From Octopus sinensis (lineage: Eukaryota), in assembly GCF_006345805.1 (NCBI RefSeq), contig NC_043000.1:75330001-75394000 (forward strand): a stretch of 64,000 nt of DNA, written 5' to 3'. Position 1 is the first letter of the stretch; each line of letters starts with the position of its first letter. Shown here one piece after another: positions 11,729 to 23,233 of this stretch. A model generated the notes under the pieces. That model was not told the origin of the DNA, did not search any database, and was given only the letters and a program-made list of their open reading frames with translations. Position numbers and translations under genes: made by a program.

Positions 11729-13217
11729 AAAATACAAAATGGGACAAGAATGCAAAACATCCAGACACCTAGGTGATGCAAAAATGGTCGACAAAACATC
11801 TAGATAGACGATACAAAGAAAACAAGGACAGGTCATTTGAAGTTTTCTTTCCTCAGTCAAGCACCAGATTATCCTTGCAATTTTGGCTGATTATTCTTCA
11901 GATTGCTCTAATCTGGCCAGCCCCAAGGAAAAACTAAGCTAAGAGCATTAGATTCATTGGAAGAAATCAGCGAATGTATACAAAAACAAGGATGGAGAAA
12001 ACAGACAATGTTACACAAATATAAATACAATAAAAATAATAACAGGACATAACAACAGGAGTCTTTTGACTAAGGACGAATTGAATTAAGCTGGTGCGTG
12101 TGGAAATGAAGCCTTATGGCAGAGATACAAGAATTTCACAAACACAGGGAAGAATATCGATGTTGCATGGACAATGGTCAGACCAAGAAAGAAAGAACAG
12201 GCTAGGCTGACCGGCAGTCATGTGTTAAGAGAAGAGAGAGAAGTAGAAGCAGAGAGACAGAAGAATTAAGGAGGAGCGAGAAAAAAGGACAAGGACACAG
12301 TGAAGTGAAAAGTGGAGGGAAAGTGAGTAAGAAGAGAAGGCAAAGAAATGTGAGAGAGGGGGAATGAAAAAACGAAGAGTGGAATGAACAAATAAGCGTG
12401 AAAGGGTCATACAAGATTTAGAAAAATATGTACTTACATATAAGAGACCAAAGTGTACGTACGTTGCTATATATATATATATATATAAAATACAAAATGG
12501 GACAAGAATGCAAAACATCGGAGCAGCTAAGTGATGCAAAAAGGAACAACAAAACACATTTTTCTAAATCTTGTACGACTCTATTTCTGTCTCTCAGCCC
12601 ATTTCTTTGCCTTCTCTTCTTACTCACTTTCCCTCCACTTTTCACTTCACTGTGTCCCTGTCCATTTTTCTCGCTCCTCCTTAATTCTTCTGTCCCTCTG
12701 CTTCTACTTCTCTCTCTTCTCTTCCCACGTGACTGCCGGTTAGCCTAGCCTGTTCTTTCTTTCTTGGTCTGACCATTGTCCATGCAACATCGATATACTT
12801 CCCTGTGTTTGTGAAATTCTTGTATCTCTGCCATAAGGCTTCATTTCCACATACGCCAGCTTAATTCAATTCGTCCTAAGTCAAAAGACACCTGTTGTTA
12901 TGTCCTGTTATTATTTTTATTGTATTTATATTTGTGTAACATTGTCCATTTTTTTTTTGTCCTTGTTTTTGTATACATTCGCTGCTTTCTTCCAAGGAAT
13001 CTAATGCTCTTAGCTTAGTTTTTCCTTGGGGCTGGCCAGATTGGAGCAATCTCAAGAATAGTCAGCCAAAATTGCGAGGATAATTTGGTGCTTGACTGAG
13101 GAAAGAAAACTTCAAATGACCTGTCCTTGATTTCTTTGTATCGTCTATCTGGATGTTTTGTTGTCCCTTTTTGTATCACGTAGCTGTCTGGATGTTTTGC
13201 ATTCTTGTCCCATTTTG

Positions 13218-13222
<5 letters not shown>
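11729..13222. repeat. ~1.5-kb palindrome: ~700-bp inverted arms of a non-coding repeat plus a partial tandem copy
   Basis: 11729-12430 vs 12557-13222 are reverse complements at roughly 90% identity by eye; 12487-12556 repeats the start of the left arm. Confidence 0.9.
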
Positions 13223-13250
<28 letters not shown>

Positions 13251-13290
13251 GCGGCGTATGTACACTTTGGTCTCTCTCCCTCTCTCTCGT

Positions 13291-13332
<42 letters not shown>

Positions 13333-13335
<3 letters not shown>

Positions 13336-13540
13336 GTCTGTTGTTAACACAACATTTCGGCTGATATACCATCCAGCCTTCATCAGGTGTCCTGGGAGAA
13401 ATTTTGAACCTGGGTCCTCATTCCTAAGGTATTTTTCGATGTTATTATTATTATTACTATTATTCAACTCACTGCCTGGAATCAAACTTGGAATCTTGGG
13501 GTTAATTGCCCACACTCTTAACCACTACGCCATATGCCCC
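13333..13540 (-). mobile_element. tRNA-headed SINE with hammerhead (copy A)
   Basis: Box A TGGCGTAGTGG, box B-like AAGTTTGATTCC, (AAT)n, then HHR 13346-13391. Confidence 0.85.
13346..13391 (-). ncRNA. Minimal type I hammerhead, canonical core
   Basis: GACAC-CUGAUGA-A-GGCUG-10nt-CAGCC-GAA-AUGU-U-GUGUU. Confidence 0.8.
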
Positions 13541-13611
13541 AGACATATGGCATAGTGGTTAAGAGTGGGGGCTACTAAATCCAAGATTCCGAGTTCAATT
13601 CCAGACAGTGA

Positions 13612-13646
<35 letters not shown>

Positions 13647-13796
13647 GTAATAGCATCGAAAAATACCTTAGGAATGAGAACTCAGGTTTGAAATTTCCCC
13701 CAAGACACCTGATGAAGGCCGAAGGGTATATCAGCTGAAACATGTTAACAACAAACAAGATCAGGACAAATATCCGTCAAATGTAAATAATGTAGC
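13541..13796 (+). mobile_element. tRNA-headed SINE with defective hammerhead (copy B), head-to-head with copy A
   Basis: Same body as copy A; GACAC-CUGAUGA-A-GGCCG..CAGCU-GAAA-CAUGUU lacks 3 nt at the cleavage site. Confidence 0.85.
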
Positions 13797-13894
13797 ATTA
13801 CTAGTTTTTAACTTTTATTTCTAGCAATGTAGGTGCTTCAGCACCCTTAGTCACACTTAATAACAAATTTTTCCTTATATATATATATGCTATG

Positions 13895-14089
13895 ATCGAT
13901 CGTTAGCCACTACACACATTTTTTCTCTCCTTGTATCTCTCCTTGTTTTATTCTGTGTCCCTTTCTGTAGAAGAGTGTAGGCTCAAAACGTAAAAGATTT
14001 TTTCTATTCCTGAGCATTATACTAATACTTCTGTTTGTTTTGTACACCACCTGTCTTTGTCTTTTGTTTTTTTCGTAAACTCTCCCTAA

Positions 14090-14090
<1 letters not shown>
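13895..14090 (+). mobile_element. Short (TA)n-embedded repeat with hammerhead-like CUGUNGA motif at 13961-13996
   Basis: CUUU-CUGUAGA-A-GAG-uguagg-CUC-AAA-ACGU-A-AAAG; relatives at 33590-33790, 34590-34745 and 38818-38990. Confidence 0.6.
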
Positions 14091-14127
<37 letters not shown>

Positions 14128-14130
14128 TAT

Positions 14131-14496
14131 TTTACTCTTTTACTTGTTTCAGTCATTTGACTGCGGCCATGCTGGAGCACCGCCTTTAATCGAGCAACTC
14201 GACCCCGGGACTTATTCTTTTGTAAGCCCAGTACTTATTCTATTGGTCTCTTTTGCCAAACCGCTAAGTAACGGGGACATAAACACACCAGCATTGGTTG
14301 TCAAGCAATGCTAGGGGGACAAATACATATATACGACGGGCTTCTTTCAGTTTCCGTCTACTAAATCCACCCACACGGCTTTGGTCGGCCTGAGGCTATA
14401 GTAGAAGACACTTGCCCAAGGTGCCACGCAGTGGGACTGAACCCAGAACCATGTGGTTGGTAAACAAGCTACTTACCACACAGCCACTCTTGTGCC
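14131..14496 (-). mobile_element. tRNA-derived SINE with CR1-type tail
   Basis: Box A TGGCTGTGTGG, box B GGTTCAGTCCC, ccttgggcaagtgtctt domain, tail ctgaaacaagtaaaagagta. Confidence 0.9.
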
Positions 14497-14511
14497 TATA
14501 TATATATATAT

Positions 14512-15245
14512 ATTCAAATATTATTTTAATAATAAAAGGTAAAATCAATAATAATTTACCAGGTAGCCAGTGTGGAAATAAAACCTTATAGGTAAATTTT
14601 ACAAAGTATCTTTTAATTATATATATAATTATAAAAAGGAGTTGGCTTTATGCCTCACCATGCACCGTAAGAAATAGACACTAAAGTCTTTTTTACTACC
14701 TTAAAATCTCCAAGAATAACACACTTTGTTGTAGGCAAGCAAAAGAAAAAAATGAATTAATAAGGCTGATTAACTATGGACGTGTTACGAACTTAAAGTA
14801 AAAGATAATTTTACTTACTGTCACTCTTCAGCATAGTATAGGTTCACAGGTATTTCAAAATATGCAAGCAATCAGCATCATCATATGTTCAATATCTATC
14901 CCCACTCATAAAAATATACTGCTGAATATAATCCATATCTTTCTTTTATACCTATGTGTGTGTTAAGATCTAGACTAGTAAATGCAGTTTCGATCATGGA
15001 GTGAATTTATTCAAATATTATTTTAATAATAAAGGGTAAAATCAATAATAATTTTACTTTAAGTTGAAAACGCATCCATAGTTAATCAGCCTTATTGATT
15101 CATTAGTTTTCTTTTGTTTGCCTACAACAATGTGTGTTATTCTTGGAGGTTTTAAGGTAGTAAAAAAGACTTTAGCGTCTATTTCTTACAGTGCATGGTG
15201 AGGCATAAAGCTGACCCCTTGTTATAATTATGTATATAATTATAA
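14512..15245. mobile_element. Inverted/partly duplicated non-coding element with near-canonical hammerhead (14773-14837, minus)
   Basis: 14620-14790 inverted vs 15075-15245; 14512-14557 direct repeat of 15009-15055; ACUAUG-CUGAAGA..GUA-ACACGU-C-CAUAGU. Confidence 0.7.
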
Positions 15246-15299
15246 AATATTTTATACACACACACACACACACACACGTGTTTGTGTGTGTGTGTGTGT

Positions 15300-15960
15300 G
15301 TATAATGGTAAAATCAATTGAAAGAGTACTCTGATCTTGCTGTGGGGAATGAAAAATCCAGTGTTTTGAACAGAATCCTTCTTCAAGGAAAAGCTGAAAG
15401 AAGAGAAATTAATGAAAGACAGCAGAGTTTTACATCCTCTAACTTAAAAGGAATGCAGGACCATGACAGCTTCATATGTGTACACAAAGTGATTGCAGAG
15501 ATAAATAGAGTGAGTGATAGGAAAGAGGAATGGAATGAGGAGGAGAAACAGGCAAGTCATGTGTGAGGTGAAGGGAAAAGATGAGGTGAGAAAGGAATTG
15601 AAGGATAAAGGGTTTAATGACCTAAGAGGAAGTGTAGGAGTAGAAGGAAAATCATCCATTTAAGCCTGTCAGTGATATAGTTCCAAATTTGAATATTAAA
15701 TGTTATAACCTCTGTTTCCTGATAAGTGAGTGATGGAATGGCCTGTCACGTTGAACTGAGTGTCAACAGGTTGGCCTGGAATACATAGTAGTGTGCTTCC
15801 AAAAGCAATCAGCAAGGGGTCAGCCTGTTTCCCCAATATAAAGGGCACTACAATATATAAGGGTAGATGATGTGCAATAGAAGTTCTGAGTAATATGATA
15901 TTGTGACTTAGGCTCAGTGAAGATTGTAGTGCTGTTAATGTAGTGGCAAACTGCAAGCCA
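15300..15960 (-). pseudogene. Degenerate Penelope-like 3' end (Cys linker + GIY-YIG)
   Basis: LAVCHYINSTTIFTEPKSQYHITQNFYCTSSTLIYCSALYIGETG*PLADCF; possible decayed HHR near 15355-15392. Confidence 0.7.
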
Positions 15961-18014
15961 TTCCATCACTCACTTATCATCGCTGAAGAAGTGTAAGAGA
16001 AAAAAGTGGGAAAAAGGTTAGAGCAGAATGATTGAAAAATTGGAGAAAGAATAATTACAATATGATACTAGTACAAAATAAATTTATTTTGTTCTGTGAG
16101 AGATAAAAAATTAGTGAGGCATGTGGCAAGAGGAATGTGAAGGTGTGTGTGTTTGTGTTAGAGTGATAAGTATATTAATGGAAGGGAGGGAAAAGAAAAT
16201 ATGTAAAACAAAATCAACAAGAGATGCAAAATGGAATGTGCATGTTCAGGGAAAGAAGAGAAAAGAAAGAAAAATAATCGCAGGCAGACTAACAGAAAGT
16301 AAGTAAACTGGAGATGTATCTACTATAATCACATCAGAAATAAACTGTTTTAAATGCTGAATGGCTCACCACAAGTATTCAAGAGCTTTTATTACCTAGG
16401 AAATGTAATTAGTAGGAGAGGTGGTTGCTCTGAAAGTAAAGCAACCATAGTAAGAACAAGTGGAAAAAGTTCAAGGCATTGTTACCACTGCTGGCAACAA
16501 AGGTCTTTTCTCTCGGTGTGAAGGATAGGTTGTATTGATGCTTGTATTAGGACACATTGCTGCATGGTAGTAAGACATTGGCCTTAAATGCAGTGAACTT
16601 CAGAAAACTTAAGATAGCATGCTCTGTTGCATGTGCAAAGAAAGTCTGCTTGAATGACAAAGTATAGATGCATTAAGAGAAAAACTGAGCACAAGAGGAA
16701 TCTGATGTATTGTGTAAGAAAGAACACTATGCTAGTATAGGCATGTGATTTGTATGACTGAGGATATCTGCTTAAAGAAGTGCTGATCACTTAATATGGA
16801 TTGGTTACAGCTAAGTCATTGGGCTGTAAAATACTGCTGCAAGTTATTTTCCATCTAACCTATGCTTTCTGAGAAAAATGCACATCAGATATTTTTAAAA
16901 ATCAGTTATGCTTTGCTGTCAGTTTAATCCTCTTCTGAAATAATAGACATGAACTGAACAGTGAAAATAACAGGGTCAGATTAAAAAGAATTAAGAAAAA
17001 ACACAAATATTCAACAGCCATGCAACAAGTTTGTCATCAAAGTTCACTTTGATATCATAATAAAAACTGACATATACATCTTGGACTGCTTGTAAAAGTG
17101 GAATACAGTCATTTAAAGAAAGCAAAAATACAAATCCAAGTTGCAAGGTGTCCCTCTGCTTGAAGCACAGAATATTTAACCAGTGTATCATACCAGTAAT
17201 TTATGGAGCAGAGACATGAGCAATGACCAAAAATATGGAAAGAAAAGGAAACTACATCGAATTATATAAGAAGAGAAAATGGAGATGGGCAGAGCATGTG
17301 GCTCTCACAAATGAAAGCAGATGGACAAACTGTGTATTAAAGGGATAGAAGTTCACATAGTTTGGGATGAGAGAATATAAATGGAAAGATGAAATTGATG
17401 AGTATATGGGAATTCCATGGATGAACACAGTATGGAATAGGACTAATTGAAATTGAAATTGCAGTGGATTAATGGTTGAGAATTATGATGATGAATAGTA
17501 AAATGTATCCTATCTAATATTGAAAAATTTGGGATGGTCACAGTTGGAATGTCTGCTTGACTGGGGCAGGCTTTTGACTGTATAACAAAATGGATGGTAA
17601 CTATAAATTGCTACTATCTTTTAGGCTGTTGTAGTTTTGATATTTTTGGAGTTCCATAAGGATTAAAAACTATTGCGGTCTACTAAAAGGAGAAAATGTT
17701 CTGGCCTCCCTTTTTATATGGTATGGAGTAATTGCTGTGTGATGTTGAATTTTAAACTAAAAGCACAGAAATCAGAGCTAATTATTTTAGGAAGGCAATC
17801 TGTTTGTTATATTATTTCTTATATGGTCTCTTCTGCTGATGTAAGCTGTTACTCTGAAACCTGTCATCCTCTGTATATTGCACTAACACCTAAAATTAAA
17901 TTTTAAACAAGATATTTTAATGTAAATACTTTGTGTTTGATATTCATTTAGCTTAAAACTCAATGGAACTTGTAAGAACTGTGAATATCTTCAACTTAAA
18001 TTAACTACCTTCAG

Positions 18015-18067
18015 GAACTCCTTTCAAAAGATCTTTGAAGAAAAACATGAATTAATACAACACTTGA
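18015..18067 (+). CDS. Host exon (NSFQKIFEEKHELIQHL)
   Basis: Acceptor ctaccttcAG, donor GTGAGT, one open frame; its phase-1 end joins 56411 or 56948 in frame. Confidence 0.55.
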
Positions 18068-18345
18068 GTGAGTTACTGTCTTCCATCTCTTGCTGATAGT
18101 TTCTGTAATACTATTATAACCTTTCCAAAGGAGCTATTGTAATAATCAGTCCCTTAATGTCACTAACAAATGGAGTGGGTGTGAGTGCTAGTTAGAGATG
18201 CTAAAAGAACTGTTGTAAAAAGTTTTGTTCTGAAGTTAATGATATTTCAATCAAAATAAAATGGCAAAATTTTTATCCTAAATTGTATTTAGTTTATCAG
18301 TTTCACATATACATACAGATGAGCATGCATGCACACATGCACACA

Positions 18346-19026
18346 TCTCTCTATATATAAAGCTGAGAATGTGTGTGTGTGTGTCTGTCTGTGTGTTTCC
18401 CTAAAACTTGAGAACCATACAACCAATTTCATTCAAATTTTACACATGCCTTACTTAGGGTCCGGGGAGTGTCATCGGCAAAAAAATGTTCAACTTCTTG
18501 CCTAGAGCGAGCCCATAGCAATATCATATCTTCACTACGATTCCCTAAAACTTGAGAACTACACAACCAATTCCATTCAAATTTTACACATGCCATGTAG
18601 TTTCATGGGCAAAAAAAATGTTCAACTTCTTGCCTAGGGCGAGCCCATAGCAATATCATATCTTCTCCACTATTTCAGTATTACGTGTTAAAAGTGAAAC
18701 AAAAACATTTGTCTATTTTATGTCAGATACTTTCACTTTAACAATAAAAATTAAAGATAATAATAACAATTGAATTATATGTAGTAAGTAATAATTAAAA
18801 TCAAACTAAAGTATAATATAATAATTAAATCGTAACATAACAATTAAAAGTAAAAATAGCAATTGGTATAAAATTGAATCAATGTCTTCAACTTGTATAA
18901 GTGGTTTCACATGAATGGGAATAAATTAAAAATAAAATTAGCGTGCAGAAATGGAATCGTCCAGATGGAGCTGTGCACATACCATTTACCACGGCTTTTA
19001 CATTAGATTATCTGCTAATTAGCTAG
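18346..19026 (+). mobile_element. Non-autonomous Helitron-like element with internal ~130-bp tandem duplication
   Basis: a|TC...CTAG|t termini; ccctaaaacttgagaac...cccatagcaatatcatatc repeated at about 18400 and 18543. Confidence 0.65.
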
Positions 19027-19414
19027 TATTAAGTATTTATATGAAGTTTGGCTGTATGTAATGTCTGTTTTCTTGAACAGCTGCTTCTACTGAGTACTGC
19101 TGTTGGTTTATTTCTTATACATAAAGGACTATAGCTTCAACTGCATACTGCTTTTTGATTCACCATAAGGTTTGTTGTTATTATTATTACTGTTTAACTA
19201 TTGTTATCACATTTGTTGGTTCCTCGTAAGGGAAACGTTGTTGTGTTGCATTTGTTAAATAATTGTAAACTGTAACCCTCCCCCTTTGGGAGAAGGAGCT
19301 TTGGTTATTGTTTAAAAATTGAATTGTGTCCCTGTTTGGGGAAATTGACAATATTTTCACCGTTTACACGGAAGCATTTTTGTTAGAATGCCTTTGATAG
19401 AAGGAAGTCCAAAA

Positions 19415-19915
19415 ATGAATTTCGCTGCAGCCGTCAGCAGGCGCGAATTCATTAAAATTAAAATGGAAGAAATACAAACCTATTTCGGATTGATCACCGA
19501 CAAAGACTGTGAATCTAGGATAACACCTCCAAACGAAATAAAAAATTAAATTAAAGAAAAGACTATTGTCTATAAAGTATACAATGTAGAGAAGAAAAAA
19601 AGATTTGAACACCTGGAGGAAAGCACCATTGAAAAGTGTCTTGGTGCAACTATGAAAGATATCAAGTATCTAACCAGAGGCAGTAAATTCGCCACAATAG
19701 AAGCAAGGTTCAAGTCAACGGAGCGTGCAAGGGAGTACTCAACTCGAACCTTGCAAAGTGGAAATATTTTATTTTTACCTTTATATCTGGGACGTCCTAC
19801 GTCCCAGATAAAAATTTAAAATGTCCCCCCAGAAGTAGAGGTAGGCTGAATTGTAGCCACATTCTATACAAGAGAGAGGACAAGATACAATTGATTGAAA
19901 TTGCAAGAGCCGGGC
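19415..19915 (+). pseudogene. ORF1-like 5' fragment of an L1/Tx1-type LINE
   Basis: MNFAAAVSRREF...IKYLTRGSKFATIE...LFLPLYLGRPTSQIKI*NVPPEVE with in-frame stops. Confidence 0.55.
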
Positions 19916-20109
19916 CTACAATTCCAGTCTGTTATATATTTTGAGTATTGTTATTACTAGCGATATCAAGATATAACTTTGTATTTTGTATTTTATGTGT
20001 AGATGTGTATATATAGATGTACATGTAATATGTACACATATATATATAGACATATATACATGCACTAGCACTATGACCCAGCAACGACGGGTCATAATGC
20101 TAGTATATA

Positions 20110-23001
20110 TATATATTTACCAGGCAAAGGGAGAGATGGCTGCTTATAAACGCCAAAACCTTCCCAGGCGAAGAATGTACCCCACAACATAGACTGGTAG
20201 TTAGTGACTTTAGGATCAGGACTAGGAGGACAACCAGAAGACGACCAACATGGAGAAGAAGGATCTGGAAGCTTAAAGATCCTGCGAATGGACAGAGATT
20301 TAGGGACATGCTACATGAAGCCTTTGACGAAGTAGAAGGGGATAGAGTATCACATGGGGTAGAAGGCAACTGGACGTTTCTAAGGGACAACCTGCTGAGA
20401 GCCACTGACCAGATCTGTGGCTGGTGCAAAGTCCCCTCTCGTCCCAAGGAAACGTGGTGGTGGAACAGTGTTGTAGACAGGGCTATTAGAGAAAAGAGAC
20501 AGACTTGGAAGGACTGGAAGAATGGTGGTAGCAGGGAATTGTATCAGACTGCCAAAAGGGAAGCTAGGAGACAGGTCTATCCAGCCAGAGGGGAAGCAGA
20601 TAAGAAAAAATTTGCCAATGTTCTGCGCCGTGAGGACCAAAGACTGGAGGTGTTTCGCGTTGCAAGACAGTGTGTGAGAGAGAATTGTGATGTGGTAGGA
20701 GAGAAGTGTGTTCGCTGGGAAGATGGGTCACTTGTGCTAAATGAGGATGCAAAGAGAGAGGTTTGGAGACGCCACTATGAAAGGTTGCTGAATAAAGAAA
20801 ATGAATGGGATAAAGAGAGTCTGCCGAATGTTGACCCAACAGAGGGACCAGCTATCCGAGTTGACAGTTCCTTGGTAGTTAAGGCAATAAGAAGCATGAA
20901 GACAGGGAAAGCCCCAGGCCCAGCAGGAATCACTGCTCAAAATATCTGGTAGTGTCGGCTATAGCCTAGTCACCCGTATAGTTAATCAGGTGATACACGA
21001 AGGAGTCATACCAAATGACTGGTGTAGCAGCATAATAGTCAACTGCTACAAAGGTAAAGGTGGCGCCCTAGATACAAATAATTACAGAGGTATCAAGCTG
21101 TTGGATCAGGTGATGAAGGTTACGGAGAGGGTCATAGCCCAACTAATTAGAGAGAGAGTTAGTTTAGATGAGATGCAGTTTGGGTTTGTGCCAGGGAAAA
21201 GTACCACTGATGCTATATTCCTGGTAAGGCAGCTGCAGGAGAAATACCTAGCCAAAGATAAGCCCCTGTACCTGGCTTTTGTTGACATGGAGAAAGCCTT
21301 TGATAGGGTCCCCCGATCCCTTATCTGGTGGTCAATGAGGAAACTAGGATGAATGGTTAGTGAGAGCTGTGCGAGCCATGTACAGGGACACTGATAGTAA
21401 GGTGAGGGTTGGCAACGAGTACAGTGAAGAATTCCGGGTAGAGGTAGGAGTCCACCAAGGCTCAGTCCTCAGACCCCTCCTATTTAGCATAGTCCTCCAG
21501 GCAATAACAGAGGAATTCAAGACAGGATGCCCTTGGGAGCTCCTCTATGCTGATGACCTAGCTCTAATTGCTGAGTCACTATCAGAAATGGAGGAGAAGT
21601 TTCAAGTGTGGAAGCAAGGATTAGAATCGAAGGGCCTTAGAGTCAATCTAGCTAAAACCAAAGTCCTAATAAGTAGGAAGGTAGACAAATCACAAACACC
21701 TTCAGGTAGATGGCCCTGCTCGATCTGTAGAAAAGGTGTAGGTAGAATCTCTATAAGATGCACCAAGTGTAAGCTATGGACACATAAGAGGTGCAGCAAT
21801 GTCAAAGGAAGGCTAACTAGGAAGATGGTTTTTGTATGTGGCAGATGCTCAGGAACAATAAACACTGAAAATGCTCTGAGACCAACTTCTGTTACTTTCC
21901 AGGGAGAAAAATTAGAAATAGTTGATAGCTTCCGTTACCTAGGTGACCAAGTCAGCAGTGGGGGCAGGTGTGCTGAAAGTGTAACTGCTAAAGTAAGAAT
22001 AGCTTGGGCAAAGTTCAGAGAGCTCTTACCTCTGCTGGTGACAAAAAGCCTCTCGCTCAGAGTAAAAGGCAGACTGTATGACGCGTGTGTACAAACATCC
22101 ATGCTACATGGCAGTGAAACATGGGCCGTGACTGCTGAGGATATGCGTAAGTTCTCAAGAAATGAAGCCAGTATGCTCCGATGGATGTGTAGTGTAATGT
22201 TAGTGTTCATACTCAACAGAGTGTAAGTACCTTGAGAGAAAAGTTGGACCTAAGAAGCATCAGTTGTGGTGTGCAAGAGAGACGTTTGCACTGGTATGGG
22301 CATGTGGCGAGAATGGATGAAGATTGTTGTGTGAAAAAGTGCCACACCCTAGCGGTTGAGGGAACCTGTGGAAGAGGTAGATCCAGGAAAACCTGGGACA
22401 AGGTGGTGAAGCACGACCTTCGAACTTTAGCTCTCACTGAGGAAATGACTAGAGACCGAGACCTCTGGAAATATGCTGTGCGTGAGAAGACCCGGCAGGA
22501 CAAGTGAAACCATAACCCGTGGCCTTCTACATGGGATGTAGCCAGCCCACTTATGCATACCTTCCTTCTTGAGGCAAGTGAGAATCAGAATCAAAATCGA
22601 TCAATGGAAATTGCAGCTGAGTTACCAGTGCCGGTGACATGTAAGAGAACCATCCGAACATGGCCGTTGCCAGCGCCACCCCAACTGGCCTCGTGCCGGT
22701 GGCACGTAAAAAGCACCATCCGTTTGTGGCCGTTGCCAGCCTCACCTGGCCCCCGTGCCGGTGGCACATAAAAAGCAACATCCGATTGTGGCCGTTTGCC
22801 AGACTCCTCTGGCACCTGTGCCAGTGGCATGTAAAAAGCACCCACTACACTCATGGAGTGGTTGGCGTTAGGAAGGGCATCCAGCCGTAGAAACATTGCC
22901 AGATCAAACTGGGCCTGGTGCAGCATTCTAGCTTCCCAGACCCCAGTCGAACCGTCCAACCCATGCTAGCATGGAAAGCGGACGCTAAACAATGATGATG
23001 A

Positions 23002-23005
<4 letters not shown>
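20110..23005 (+). mobile_element. RTE LINE copy 2 (longest; end of APE + RT + PHD-like insert)
   Basis: HRLVVSDF, TWWWN, YADD, RYLG, RLHWYGHV; few frameshifts; (GAT)n tail. Confidence 0.95.
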
Positions 23006-23061
<56 letters not shown>

Positions 23062-23063
<2 letters not shown>

Positions 23064-23170
23064 TCATCATCATTGTTCGACCGTGGTCGAGACAATGGAA
23101 TTTACCATGTTGCGCCAGACTTCACGGTCCATCATAGCATTACGGAGGTCCTGTTGCTGGATGCCTGTAT
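23062..23170 (-). mobile_element. 3' tip of another RTE-type LINE
   Basis: Minus strand GIQQQDLRNAMMDREVWRNMVNSIVSTTVEQ* followed by (GAT)n. Confidence 0.7.
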
Positions 23171-23200
23171 CCCTGGAGATTACATCAGGGTAGGAGAGTG

Positions 23201-23233
<33 letters not shown>

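Noticed and set aside
13541-13615. tRNA genes (also 14420-14496, 27397-27470, 37690-37760)
   Set aside because: Acceptor stems do not pair and the sequences continue into repeat bodies; these are SINE heads.
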